A stretch of DNA of 64,000 bases from Eledone cirrhosa (taxonomy: Eukaryota). The DNA lies in contig OZ024743.1 of NCBI GenBank assembly GCA_964016885.1, positions 278,752,001 through 278,816,000 on the forward strand. The letters run 5' to 3'. Of the stretch, positions 1 through 13,599 are shown one piece after another (position 1 is the stretch's first letter; every line of letters starts with the position of its first letter). The notes beneath the pieces are model-generated. The model made no database searches and was not told where the DNA came from. It worked only from the letters and a program-made list of their open reading frames with translations. Both the position numbers and the translations under genes were made by a program.

Positions 1-420
1 AACAATTTTTTCTGCCGCTGCAACGACCAAAAAGTGGACAAATGTGAATTACAGCACAGAAACGATAAAGCAAAACAAGAAATACTAACATTTTATGAAC
101 GTTTGAATCAATCATTTATAAACGCTTAGTAGAGCTAAAACTTTTCATCAACTTAGAGGAAGAAGAAAAAATCGATACCATATATGTGTGATAACAAATA
201 TTCAGGTATCACTTTTTTAATTATGTTCCAGACAAGCGGATTCAACTGTCAACTATCAACTATCAAAGTCAGTCCTATAACGAAACGCACTTATTTGATA
301 AGTCGATAGATAATACAGTTACGACTGGTTGCGTAAGCTCCATGTTTAAAGATATGTGTGTGTGTGTGTGTGTAGGAGAATGTGTTTGGCAGTGTTTATA
401 TATATATATATATATATATA

Positions 421-1031
421 CATGGTGGCTGCCAACTCGTTTTCGAGTACGGCCAATACTTTATATCAATGTAGGAGAACCCCTACCGATGCGCTGAACG
501 AGTGTGATTTTTAGTCCAGCCATCAACTTGAAAACTCTGGTACAAACACTACACTTGTGACAATTATTGACATATAGTGCTGGGCCCATGGTACCATGTG
601 ATGACAAGTGCAGAGAGATCTCCAGATATAAAGCAATGCCTGTGCCGTGAAGCTTTTATAGTGAGCAAAGGCACTGCACAAAGCCAGTCCCACTCTCTTA
701 ACCAAGATGATATTTACCAAAAAGAAGAACAAGTCAACATCATTGGATACCATCAGAGTTGCAGGTGTTATATCAGAGTCTTCCTTCTCCTAGAATTCTG
801 CCTTGACAAAGGCTAAGGGGTCATCTCTCCCGGTGATTTTGGATTGCCATTGACTCTTAAGAGCCTCTTTGCCCTTTGACAGGTTTTGTTTTTAGTCCGG
901 CAGGACGTCCAAAGTCACCCTCCTCACCAAGAACCCTTGGTGGGGTTGCCAGTTTAGTCGCCATCGACCCGACCATGAAACAGGTTGTACTGGGATACAT
1001 GTTACCAGTAGCACCAACTGGTGACCTGACA
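421..1031 (-). mobile_element. Non-autonomous bipartite RTE-derived retroposon (~610 bp), copy 1
   Basis: Near-identical to 22486-23093 and to the reverse complement of 26012-26627. Contains an RTE 5'UTR-like segment (ctaggagaaggaa.actctgatataacacc on minus) and the remnant of an RTE C-terminal C2H2 finger. Flanked by (TA)n and (TACA)n. Confidence 0.8.
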
Positions 1032-1800
<769 letters not shown>

Positions 1801-1910
1801 TAATAAGAATATTTATATATATGTTTGATATAACTATGAATATAAATATGTAAGTACTAACCGGTTACCTAAATGAGTCTGGTTTTAGTTACATGTTTCG
1901 ACATTCCTTA

Positions 1911-1957
1911 TGCTCCGATGAAGCCTGACTTCCTTCTGGAAGAAACAATTGTCAGCA
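1911..1957 (+). ncRNA. Degenerate minimal hammerhead ribozyme motif (Penelope-type)
   Basis: tgct-CCGATGA-agcctgac-ttcc(ttct)ggaa-GAAA-caattg-TC-agca. Stem I tgct/agca, palindromic stem III caattg, GUC site; core has a U>C change. Confidence 0.55.
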
Positions 1958-1999
1958 AATAAATGTTCTGAACTAAAATTTGATCGTTTTAACACTTTG

Positions 2000-2468
<469 letters not shown>

Positions 2469-2781
2469 GAAAAAAGATGAAATTGAAAATGCAACTGGAG
2501 TCTTTTTTTTTTTAAATACATATCTATTTGGTTCATTCACCGGTTTCGCAGTTCTTCTGATTTTCAAAAGTAGAGTTGAGATGGAAGATCTGTGGATTTT
2601 CTCACATCTTGTTGGCCACCAAGCGCGCGCAATTTATCCCGTATTTGCACTGCCAGTTTACACTATTAACGCACATTACCCCCCCCCCCCCCCCCCCCAC
2701 ACACACTATTGTGGCTAGAATACCCACCCATATTACAACTAACATAAATTAACATTACTAACTCACCCCACCAGACATACC

Positions 2782-2857
<76 letters not shown>

Positions 2858-2861
<4 letters not shown>

Positions 2862-3370
2862 GAATTTTAGTCTACGATTTCTGCTATACCATTTACGTGG
2901 TTTTGTCTTCGCGTGCTATTGTTCTCCACGCTCCACATATGACTTATTATCTTCGTTTTTTCGTTCATTGCCAGAGAACGTCTCTATGCACCACCTAAGA
3001 GAACATTAGTCTACGACCTCTTTTATACCATAAACATGGTTTTGTCTTTGCGCGTAATTGTTTTTCACCGCTCCTATTAATGACGTATTATTCGTTTTTT
3101 CCCGTTCTTTGCCAGCGAACGTTACCACGAACCAAAGTATCGTCTTCCTGTCTTCCTCCGGTTGCAACGTTTTTTGAAATATCCAGTTCTGCGTTTACAG
3201 ATTGACTTTGTTAGTTTCAGAAGATCCCGTTAAGGGTGAAAGCAGCGATTCTTTGCTTAAACTTTAATCTGTTATTTTAATAAATATTGCTCTACGGTTC
3301 TTATATATTTGATATATATTTTCCTTATCGTGCCCTCTTTGGATTTTAGTCTTCAATTTTATTATTATTA
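2858..3370 (+). mobile_element. Non-autonomous element in (TA)n with internal ~139-bp direct repeat; 3' part shared with 13241-13482
   Basis: 2867-2982 is repeated at 3006-3123. 3211-3370 matches both arms of the palindrome at 13241-13482. Confidence 0.7.
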
Positions 3371-3453
3371 CTATATATGTATATATATATATTATTGAGT
3401 AAAATAATAGGAGGCAAGAGTGGTGAAATTCCTTCAAAGATTTGTTTCAGCAA

Positions 3454-3511
3454 AAACTATGTACATTTCAGTGATCAGGTTACCTAAAATCTTGGTGAAA
3501 TCCTCAGGTGT
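3454..3511 (-). ncRNA. Minimal hammerhead ribozyme motif, degenerate stem II
   Basis: Minus strand: acac-CTGAGGA-T-ttcaccaagattttaggtaacctgatcac-T-GAAA-tgtaca-TA-gttt. Confidence 0.55.
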
Positions 3512-3577
3512 ATATTGCATAATAGTTATGCAATAAAAGAAATAATGTTAAACACAATCCAAGAGGCTATATATATA

Positions 3578-3663
<86 letters not shown>

Positions 3664-4439
3664 TTGTAAATTTGCGTGCGCACCCATCACTAACATTACC
3701 ATTACCACCACCACCACGTCTTCCCTCACCACATGCAGTATAAACACACTTTAGCATAAACACAACCACCATCTAATCCATCACCTTAATCACCATCCGC
3801 ATCATCAACTTCACTGCCACCACCACCATCACTACCCATACCACCCCTGCTACGCCATCCCTACCATCCGCTATGGCAGCTCTCTGACCGATTCTCTCTC
3901 CCACAACCAGCTTTCTTGAATCTCTGTCCCTCACCCCCAAATACGTACAGATGGTTTGAACCCCCCCCCCCCCACTTTCCATGTCTAATTAAATGAACTT
4001 ATGGATCTTATTCCTTGCCCACAGATATTGCATATTCACTTGCACATGGACGCTCCACTCTAAACGGCTCTGCTTTACTTGCCATCTCCATTTGGACTCT
4101 ACAACAATTAGCTCCCTTAGAATATAAGGTTTCGGTCAACGCCTTTAAATAGATTCGAGAGAGCGGCGGAAAGAATGCTTGAAATTATATGAAAAAGTAA
4201 AACAATGAAAGAAAGGATCCTATTTTAATCAGAGCCGTTGCAAGGGCAGATAAATGTAGTGACAGAAGAGTTAAGTAAATATTAGATGAGGTAAGTAAGA
4301 ATAATTTGTGTGAGTTTAGAGGCAAATGAATACACGTACTGGTAAGTGCGTAAACACAGAAAGCAGATTGTGTGCGCGTGGAGGTTTAAAGTAACTGTGA
4401 TGGTGAGACGGAGAATAGGCAGAGAGTTATTAGAATATC

Positions 4440-4750
4440 CATTCGGTCATGATGACTAGGAATTGACACCTGGAAAGTTCCTGCCCAAGAAAGAAGCTTG
4501 AGCAAGTTATTTTATAAACGAACAGCATTCACCCGTGAATGTCAGTCTCTTCTATCTACGCAACTGCAGTTTTCCAATGGAAAGGCAAAACCCGACAGAG
4601 CTTGGCACCAAAAAAGATTTTTCAGGCTGAGTGCATTGGAGAATGTGAAATAAATTGTCTTGCTCAAGAATAAAATCACATCGTATAATCTTGGAATTGA
4701 ATTCTCGACCTTAGATTTGTGAGACCAACCCCCTAAACATTAAGCTCCGC
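4440..4750 (-). mobile_element. Degenerate tRNA-headed SINE (second family)
   Basis: Minus strand begins ggagcttaatgtttagggggttggtctcacaaatctaaggtcgagaattcaattcc (A/B-box-like head), followed by ttcttgagcaagacaattta. Confidence 0.5.
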
Positions 4751-4780
4751 ACATTCTGAGGTACATAGATGGATAAATAA

Positions 4781-4849
<69 letters not shown>

Positions 4850-4961
4850 GAGAGGGGGGGGGGGGTAGATAGACTCACAAACAGATGCACAGAAAAAGAC
4901 ATATGTATATATATGTAGTTGTTTAAACGGCTGGAGTTCAGCTGTCGGGGTCCAAAATACT

Positions 4962-5065
<104 letters not shown>

Positions 5066-5208
5066 TGAGTTTATGTTGGTTGTATACCAACACCTCAGTA
5101 TGCAGGCTGGAGCACTCGACGAAGTGCGCAGGTTGGTTTGGTAACTCCGGAGTAGTGTAAAATAAAGTTAAATAAAAGTCAAATAATAAAAATTTAGCTT
5201 CGTTTATT

Positions 5209-5263
5209 ACTGCTGTATAGATTTCAGTGACAGCCATCTTTGGCTGTGACCTCTTCAGGCAGT
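5209..5263 (-). ncRNA. Minimal hammerhead motif, mirror copy with mutated cleavage triplet
   Basis: actgc-CTGAAGA-G-gtcacagcca(aaga)tggctgtcac-T-GAAA-tctata-CA-gcagt. CA replaces the UA seen in the plus-strand copy. Confidence 0.65.
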
Positions 5264-5499
5264 TTGAATTAGTATGGTATAGACAAGTACATATGTTATT
5301 TAGGTGTATGATATTGTCAATACTCTGATATGCCCAGTTCCTTGTTGGGTTGTTAATTCACTGGGGAACTGGAGTCATATCCATATGACTCCAGTTCCCC
5401 AGTGAATTAACAACCCAGCAAGGAACTGGGCATATCAGAGTATTGACAATATCATACACCTAAACAACATATGTACTTGTCTATACCATACTAATTCAA

Positions 5500-5554
5500 A
5501 CTGCCTGAAGAGGTCACAGCCAAAGATGGCTGTCACTGAAATATATATAGCAGT
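5500..5554 (+). ncRNA. Minimal type I hammerhead ribozyme
   Basis: actgc-CTGAAGA-G-gtcacagcca(aaga)tggctgtcac-T-GAAA-tatata-TA-gcagt. Complete core, 5-bp stem I, palindromic stem III. Confidence 0.8.
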
Positions 5555-5598
5555 AATAAACGAAGCTAAATTTTAATCATTTGACTTTTATTTAACTT

Positions 5599-5664
<66 letters not shown>

Positions 5665-5666
<2 letters not shown>

Positions 5667-6445
5667 CTTCTTGGATTACCCACACGCGTTTTGACTTCCA
5701 ACCAAAATCTCCATACATCCGTGTAACTTACCACTTTTCAACCATCCTCTAACACCATCACCTATATAACTCACCCACACACACATCCCAAAACAAATTT
5801 TTTTATCCACACGCCACCCACACCCACAACACGCTTAAACCACACACACGTGCTTCCCACCACATATTTACACCCTCAGCCCCCTGATTCCTCTCCCCCC
5901 ACCCCCTATCCACACACGCACAGACCCTCCGACACACAAAAACACCCCCCACACACACCTTCCTGAACATGCAACCCCGTTCTTCCCCCAACCCTCACTT
6001 TCACATACACACACACACACACACACCTAACCACACACACCACCTTCAGCCCTCCCCGCTCGGATACCCCGTCTCCCTCTCCCCACTCCACCCGCCTCCA
6101 CCTCTACTCACCCCACACCCTTCCACCACCTGTTTACCCCCCTTTTAATTTCAGTTTATTTTGATCATGCCTTTATTTTTAAATGTTCTCATTCCTTGTA
6201 TTTTGATCATGCTTTATTTTTATTTATTATTTATTATAATTTTGTCTTTATTTGTTAATTTTTCATTCGCACCGTTTCCTTTCGCTATATGTCTCTCCAC
6301 CACTCCCCTACACACCTTTTGAACTCTTACCCGAAGAAGGGCTTATGCCCGAAACGTCGTCCTCCACCTACCCCCCACTCTCCTGAGCGTGAAGCTAATA
6401 AACATTTGTCGTACTGCCTCTCTGTTCTGTCCCTGTTCAATTTTT

Positions 6446-6447
<2 letters not shown>
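5665..6447 (+). mobile_element. 3' fragment / solo pLTR of the Penelope-like family at 28392-31031
   Basis: Colinear with the reverse complement of ~28400-29130. Hammerhead-like ac-CCGAAGA-a-gggc(ttat)gccc-GAAAC-GTC-gt at 6329-6360. (TA)n on both sides. Confidence 0.85.
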
Positions 6448-6518
<71 letters not shown>

Positions 6519-6849
6519 TAGGTACATGTGTGTGTATTGGCAGTTAATTCATTCGGAACTCTAAATTCACAACGTCTTCATTCGGAGTTGCTCACCAAGT
6601 GGTGTATTCACCTTCTGTCACCTGATGCATTGTACGTGGCCTGACACAATCATTAGCGACAGAATAATTCATCAGTTTCAAAAGAATAAATAAACTTGCT
6701 TTAACTGCTCATTGTTTTGTTTGTTTAGTCAAATACACATACACGCATGCATATAAACATACATATAAACATACACAGATACACACATACACACAGATGC
6801 ATACACAGATGCACACACAGACATGCATACACATACATAAATACATACA

Positions 6850-6940
<91 letters not shown>

Positions 6941-6946
6941 CATCAT

Positions 6947-7048
<102 letters not shown>

Positions 7049-7861
7049 GCACACTCCCCGACATAGACTGAGAGAGGCGGAGAAATAGAGAGTGATAAGG
7101 AATAGGAGACAGTCAGCGATAGAGACACATTTAAGTATGTACTTATCTCATTAATGCTTCCACATACACGTTATCAAAATTTCAATATAGTGAAGCACTC
7201 TAACTTTTGGATAAATGAATATTATATCCAAAAGTAATGTTGTATTGTTGTATAATATGTTTATTTTTGTCATGTTTCTGTCTGCCTGTACATGTTATGA
7301 AAGAGTTATTTACGTGTTATTGCATATAAACATCTGACTATATTTGATGTTTAGAATATTGAACAACTTTACTCTATTTTAATAATACACCTTTACATTG
7401 ATATCGTATAATACCAACATTATATAAAATATACCATTGTTTTTATAATATTATTAAAAAACTATTGAGATAATGCGTCAGGGAGACTTTTAAAATATCA
7501 TTTAATGTACTTTTTATGCAATATGTATGTCAATTATTTACGTTCTTAGCTCAAATTCTGTTGTCGATGAGGTGAGTGAGGCTGTCAACTTTTACATTTA
7601 TTTATATTTCTGAGGTTTCATAAAATATGTAACAGTGGAGACATGTTATATTCTTATCTCAAATATATATCGTTTTGTGCTAAATATAGAACTGATGCAT
7701 TTTATATTTAATTCCCTTAAAATCGATACTCGAAGATCTGTTGGTTATTTTGAAGGATAGAAACCAAGACTGATGAAATCGAAATGATGCCATCATGACA
7801 TACAGTGTCATGTTCATGTTAAGAGTGGTAGAACCAACCTCTCTCGAATTCGGTACATAGC

Positions 7862-8053
7862 CAATTTGGTGAATTGGCAGTATCGGTAGAGGGTTGGACG
7901 CCATGCTTTCTAGCATATTTACGTCCCTTTACGGTCTGAGTTCAAATCCCGCCAAGGTTAACTTTGCCTTTCATCCTTACGGGGTCGATAAAATAAAGTA
8001 CCAGTAATGTACTGGATAATTGCTGGCCTTGTGCCTAAAGTAGAAACAATTAT
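7862..8053 (+). mobile_element. tRNA-derived SINE
   Basis: A-box-like tggcagtatcggtag, B box gagttcaaatccc, central aactttgcctttcatccttacggggtcgataaaataaagtaccag, and 3' ggccttgtgcctaaagtagaaacaattat. Several copies occur in this window. Confidence 0.85.
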
Positions 8054-8054
8054 A

Positions 8055-8086
<32 letters not shown>

Positions 8087-8099
8087 TTTTTTTTTTTGA

Positions 8100-8157
8100 A
8101 TACCTGACGATATCACAGGATTCATACTGAACCCGGTCATTGAAATGATCATAGTAT
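8100..8157 (+). ncRNA. Minimal type I hammerhead ribozyme in a ~120-bp insert within (TA)n
   Basis: atac-CTGACGA-T-atcacaggattca(tac)tgaacccggtcat-T-GAAA-tgatca-TA-gtat. Confidence 0.75.
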
Positions 8158-8201
8158 AATAAACCTTTCAAGGATTTACACCAGTCCAGCCTCCTGTTAT
8201 T

Positions 8202-8249
<48 letters not shown>

Positions 8250-8269
8250 TATATGTGTGTGTGTGTGTA

Positions 8270-8617
8270 TAAAAATTTCGTATTTCGAAAGAAATACAAT
8301 TTTAAGAAGCCGTAGCTATGCGAACACCGGGGATGGGGGTCTAACGCCCTCTGGTGTTGTCCAGCAGAAGCAAGAGGGACAACCCTCTATGCATTTCAGG
8401 CTTGAGAGACCATCGTCAGGACGATCTCTCCCACTGCTCTGCGACTGCTGGACTTGGGGAGAATATATAGTTTTCTCGTCTGTGTAAATGAAGTGATTAA
8501 TCTCATTTGCATATGAAGCTGGACAACTCCAGAGGGCATCAGCCCCTTCCTTCCCCTACGAAATTTCTATACATATTGTATAAAGCTATACTTGAAGCGA
8601 AATCGTATTTCGTTTCT
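8270..8617. mobile_element. Fold-back insert with a minus-strand hammerhead motif at 8385-8422
   Basis: IR gggggtctaacgccctctggtgttgtccagc / gctggacaactccagagggcatcagcccc. Minus strand reads gtc-CTGACGA-T-ggtctctcaagcc-T-GAAA-tgca-TA-gag. Confidence 0.6.
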
Positions 8618-8628
8618 ATATATATATA

Positions 8629-9255
8629 TCATCACATTTTACGTCCGTTCTTCTAAGCTAGCATGGGTTAGACGGGTTGTCCTGTTGTGAGCAGTGTCCA
8701 GTCAGCTGACCTTGTCTTGCTCATACAGGAACTGATTCTGGCTAGATTTCTACAGCTGGATGCTCTTCCTAACACCAACCTCATTTACAGTGAGTGCTGG
8801 GTGCTTTTGTCCGTGGCGCCTACACGTCTACTTTACAGTGTGGATTGGGTGCTCTTTTGCAGTGGCACTTCCACGACTACTTTGCAGTGGGAGGGTGTGG
8901 GGGCATATTGTCTATATGCTTCAGCTTCGACTTGTTCCTGTGGGGGGTCGGGTCTTCTGTATATCTGCGTGACGCCAGAGGTCACGGTCGTGTGTCATTG
9001 CTCTTGAGAGGTGCAATTGGGTAAGGTCGGCCTTTATCACCTCACCCCAGGTCTTCTTGGGTCTCCCCACTTCACGGCTTCCATCGACTTCTAGTGTTCT
9101 GCACCTTTTTATGCAGCTGTCATCCTTCATACGCATCACATGTCCATACCAACGTAACCTCCTCTCCTACACACAGCATTTGATTCATCTGATGCTCAGT
9201 CTCTCTCTCAATTCGTTTATACTTTGCCGTTCGCGTATGTTACTATTACATCCCG
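8629..9255 (-). mobile_element. RTE-clade LINE 3' fragment
   Basis: ORF 8921-9139 (GH..RM..DSCIKRC...GRPKKTW.E.IK.DL....DRDLWR) is typical of the RTE ORF C-terminus; followed by a 3'UTR and a short (TGA)n tail. Confidence 0.8.
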
Positions 9256-9414
9256 TTCGCGTATATTACTATTACATATATATATATATATGTATATGTA
9301 TATACACACACATATATATGTATATAGAGAGAGATAGTTAGCTAGTTATCTATCTATCCCCCCCCCCCTCTCTGTCTCTCTCTCTATCTATCTATCTCTC
9401 TTTATATATATATA

Positions 9415-9608
9415 ACGAAGGAATTGTGGTAAGGAACCAGATGAACCATAACGCACCAAAGTACTCAATACTTAGGGTAGTAGAGTAGATAATAGGAACA
9501 AGTATGACCCCGACGGCAGAGCTCAAGCCGTTTCAACGGCTATTTCTGGACCAGAAATACCCGTCAAAACGGCTTGAGCTCTGCCGTCGGGGTCATACTT
9601 ATTCTTAT
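9415..9608. mobile_element. Fold-back insert in (TA)n; arms ~9492-9549 / ~9551-9608
   Basis: aagtatgaccccgacggcagagctcaagccgttt..acgg.tatttctgg / ccagaaata.ccgt..aaacggcttgagctctgccgtcggggtcatactt. Related fragment at ~4920-4960. Confidence 0.75.
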
Positions 9609-10119
9609 ATATATATATATAGAAATAGAGAGAGAGAGTAGTGGTTGGTAGTATTGACGAAGGAATCGGTTGTGATTGCGTCGAATAATAAAAATTGGTC
9701 TAGAAATTCGAATAGTTGTTCGATGTGCTTCAGCTGTATCTAAATATGCCCCTCTTCCCCTTCCATTTCAACAACTTTGCATCTTTGTATCAATTACGTC
9801 TCGCAGCAAACAGCAGTGATAAATCAAAATACATCAGTCCATCACAGGTATACCACTTTATCAGTATCAAAACATACCACTGTCATTGTGGGTAATATTC
9901 ATGCTTATCACATATCCCATCCACCATCTTTTTATATATTTTGTTGTTTATATACTTTATTATTTATTACTTTTGATTTTATTTGTTCGCCATATATTTA
10001 AAATTGCTTACACTAATCGCTTCCGTGTTTATTTAACTAAATGCTTTCACCAGTTACTTTTCTTCCTCTTCCAGTTTCGCAAGCTCTTTCGACGACCAAT
10101 GTATATACTGCACCAACTG

Positions 10120-10812
<693 letters not shown>

Positions 10813-11195
10813 ATAATAATTATTTCTACTTTTGGCACAAGGCCAGCAATTTTGGGGGATGAGAAAATCGATTAAATCGATACCAGTGCATTACTGGAGC
10901 TTTATTTATCGACCCCGTAAGGTTGAAAGGCAAAGCTAACCTCGACGGGATTTGAACTCAGAACCTAAAAGGCCAAAACTCTATGCTGCGAAGCTTGGTG
11001 TCTGAATAATAATTGTTTCTACTTTTGGCACAAGGCCAGCAAATACCTAGTGTATTACTGGTACTATATTTTATCGACCCCGTAAGGATGAAAGGCAAAG
11101 TTAACCTCGACGGGATTTGAACCCAAACCGTAAAGGGACGTAACTATGCTAGAAACCATGGTGTCCAGCCCGCTACTGATACTGCCATTTCACCG
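10813..11195 (-). mobile_element. Two tandem copies of the tRNA-derived SINE (~10813-11003 and ~11006-11195)
   Basis: Both are reverse complements of the 7862-8053 family. Confidence 0.85.
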
Positions 11196-11226
11196 AAGAA
11201 TAATGATAAATTATCACAACCTTCCC

Positions 11227-11993
11227 AATACTGATTTCTAATTTACGGACGCGGTCAGAAAATTTCAAGAATATGTAAAGTTGATTAAATCAACCCCAGT
11301 ACTTGAGTATTATTTTATTTTATCGATCCTGAATTAAGTGCAATAATTGCAGGAGCTGGTGCAGTAATGCGCCAGCTTCAGCATTCGGTAACCAGAAGAA
11401 GGGAGGTAGGTGTAAAAGCCAAACTCGCTATTTTCAATTCGGTATTCGTGCCATGGTCATAGATCTTGTGACCGAAATATTACGATAACAAATACAAGCG
11501 GCTGAAATGGGATTCCTCCGAAGGGTCGTTGGAGTAACGTTACGCAATAGAGTGCGTACGTAGATCAGAGTGTCTCTTTAGGTAGAGCTACTTCTCCAAA
11601 TTCTGAGTTCACAGCTCCGATATTGCGGGCATGTGGTTAGAATGTCTCAGGAAAGAATCGCTGGACAGATTTTACTGGCAAAACCAACCGGCAGTACACC
11701 CAGAGGTAGACCTCGAGCAAAATGGTTGGATAACATCCATGAGCGCGGGTGGTCTCGCTTGGGGATCCTCTCCGAGACGATTTCTTCTGACAGGACGCGC
11801 TGGAAGGAGTGTTTGAGGTTTTTGCCCCACGACCATCGCAAGAAGAAGAAGAAGAAGAAGAAGAAGAAGAAGAAGACCCTGGACGGATGATAGGCAAAGA
11901 TGATCTTCGCGAGATTTGAACTCAGAATATAAAGAGTGAGGACAAATACCGCAATCTTATCCGGCGCTTTACCAATTCGGCTAATCCGCCACA
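11227..11993 (-). mobile_element. SINE split into 11227-11333 and 11876-11993 by an RTE insertion
   Basis: The 3' half (..ccccagtact..tttatcgatcct) and the 5' half (gaccct..ggatgataggcaaag..gatttgaactcag) rejoin to the family consensus. Confidence 0.7.
11335..11876 (+). mobile_element. RTE-clade LINE 3' fragment with (AAG)n tail
   Basis: Broken frames give KAKLAIFNSVFVP, IQAAEMGFLRRVVGVTLRNRVR, QLRYCGHVVRMSQERIA, PRGRPRAKWLDNI and DRTRWK. (AAG)n at ~11840-11876. Confidence 0.85.
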
Positions 11994-13208
11994 CATCATT
12001 GCTAATATTGCTAACACGTTAATTACTTTAACCGTAGCCAATATTGCAACACCTAATACTACCACTAACACTACTACTGTTATTACTACTATTACTACTA
12101 ACATCTCTGCCATACACACCAGTTATTCCACTTCCAAAACTACCATTACATACATCACTGCCGTCACCTCTGTACTTCAACCTCCTCATTTCTCCCACAT
12201 TTTCTCTCATACTAACAGACCTACATCATTCTACCGAACGTTATAACCACTAGTACTCACCCCCAAACCCTCCTACCGCAGGCATCCTCCTCACTATCTA
12301 ACATCGGTGTCATCTCATCGGTTCGGAATTGCTTTAGCAAATTGAACGAGACACGAGTTTAATTCAGTGTTTAAACGAGAGTGTACGAGAACAAAGAGAA
12401 ATACGATGGATTGCATAGCTGGAAGGGAATTTCCTCAATGATCCAAATTATAGAGTCAACAGTTGAAAATCAAGTTTTACAAATTGAGTTTCATCGTTCT
12501 GCTCTTTATATCTAAGGATTCATCTTGACTACTGATTTTATTGTTTGTTCCTGAAAAGGCCTCCTAGCCATTCCACTTACTGGTCAATAAAATTAAGGGA
12601 TCGCTTTCGTGGTGTTCTGAAACGAGAAATATGTAACCAGCCAATCATTTTACTGCTCTATAAAATATAAGGAACCGTTCTCAAATAGACTCCTGGACAT
12701 TCAATCATTTTATAATCAATAAAATTATCAAGATTCAGTTTAACGATATCCTGAAAGGGGGCCACATACATTTAGTTTCTAGTTAAGATAATTCAGGGTA
12801 CATTTCAGTTATCTGTTTTGTTGTTATTTCATTTCTTCCTGAACTTCGTCTCAACATTCCATTACCCACTTTCCGTAAGTCCAGCGTCTTGTTACTATAT
12901 CAGATAATAAATATGTACACCAATTTACCGTCGTTTGGAGATCTCACCACATAAATACATTTTTAATCTCAGTAATAAACATTCACTGCCCATTTCATAT
13001 TGGTAATATATTTTCCCATTTCCACCCTATTTTAAAATATATTTATATTGTGTTGAAAATAATTATACTTTTACCTTCTACTGTTTTGTGTAACATGTTC
13101 AATACCCAATTAGAACATTAATTTTCATTAAAATCTTCAAATGTCAACATTAGTAGTTTTCACAAATAACAATTAACGCGTGCGCACATTCGGATACACG
13201 GACACACG

Positions 13209-13240
<32 letters not shown>

Positions 13241-13245
<5 letters not shown>

Positions 13246-13474
13246 TAATAATAATAAATTTCAAGACTAAAATCCAAAGAGGGCTCGATAAGGATAAATA
13301 TATATCAAATATATAAGAACCGTAGAGCAAATATTTATTAAAATAACAGATTAAAGTTTAAGCAAAGAATCGCTGCTTTCACCCTTAACGGGATCTTCTG
13401 AAAGGTTAGTTTCAGTAGATCCCGTTAAGGGTGAAAGCAGCGATTCTTTGCTTAAACTTTAATCTGTTATTTTA

Positions 13475-13482
<8 letters not shown>
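13241..13482. mobile_element. Asymmetric fold-back insert in (TA)n; arms ~13331-13403 / ~13410-13482
   Basis: Both arms match 3215-3290; the left arm extends to match 3290-3370. Confidence 0.85.
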
Positions 13483-13571
<89 letters not shown>

Positions 13572-13599
13572 AGTGTTGTCTCGTGTCCCATCGGTATCT

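Noticed and set aside
7768-7795. Hammerhead at ctgatgaaatcgaaa
   Set aside because: Only 4 nt between the core halves, so no stem II, and no stem I.
7862-7955. tRNA gene
   Set aside because: A/B boxes are present, but there is no cloverleaf and it continues into a SINE body; the same holds for the other copies.
10055-10105. Possible micro-exon after the polypyrimidine-cag acceptor
   Set aside because: Weak donor (gtatat), no partner exons or homology; unsupported without RNA data.
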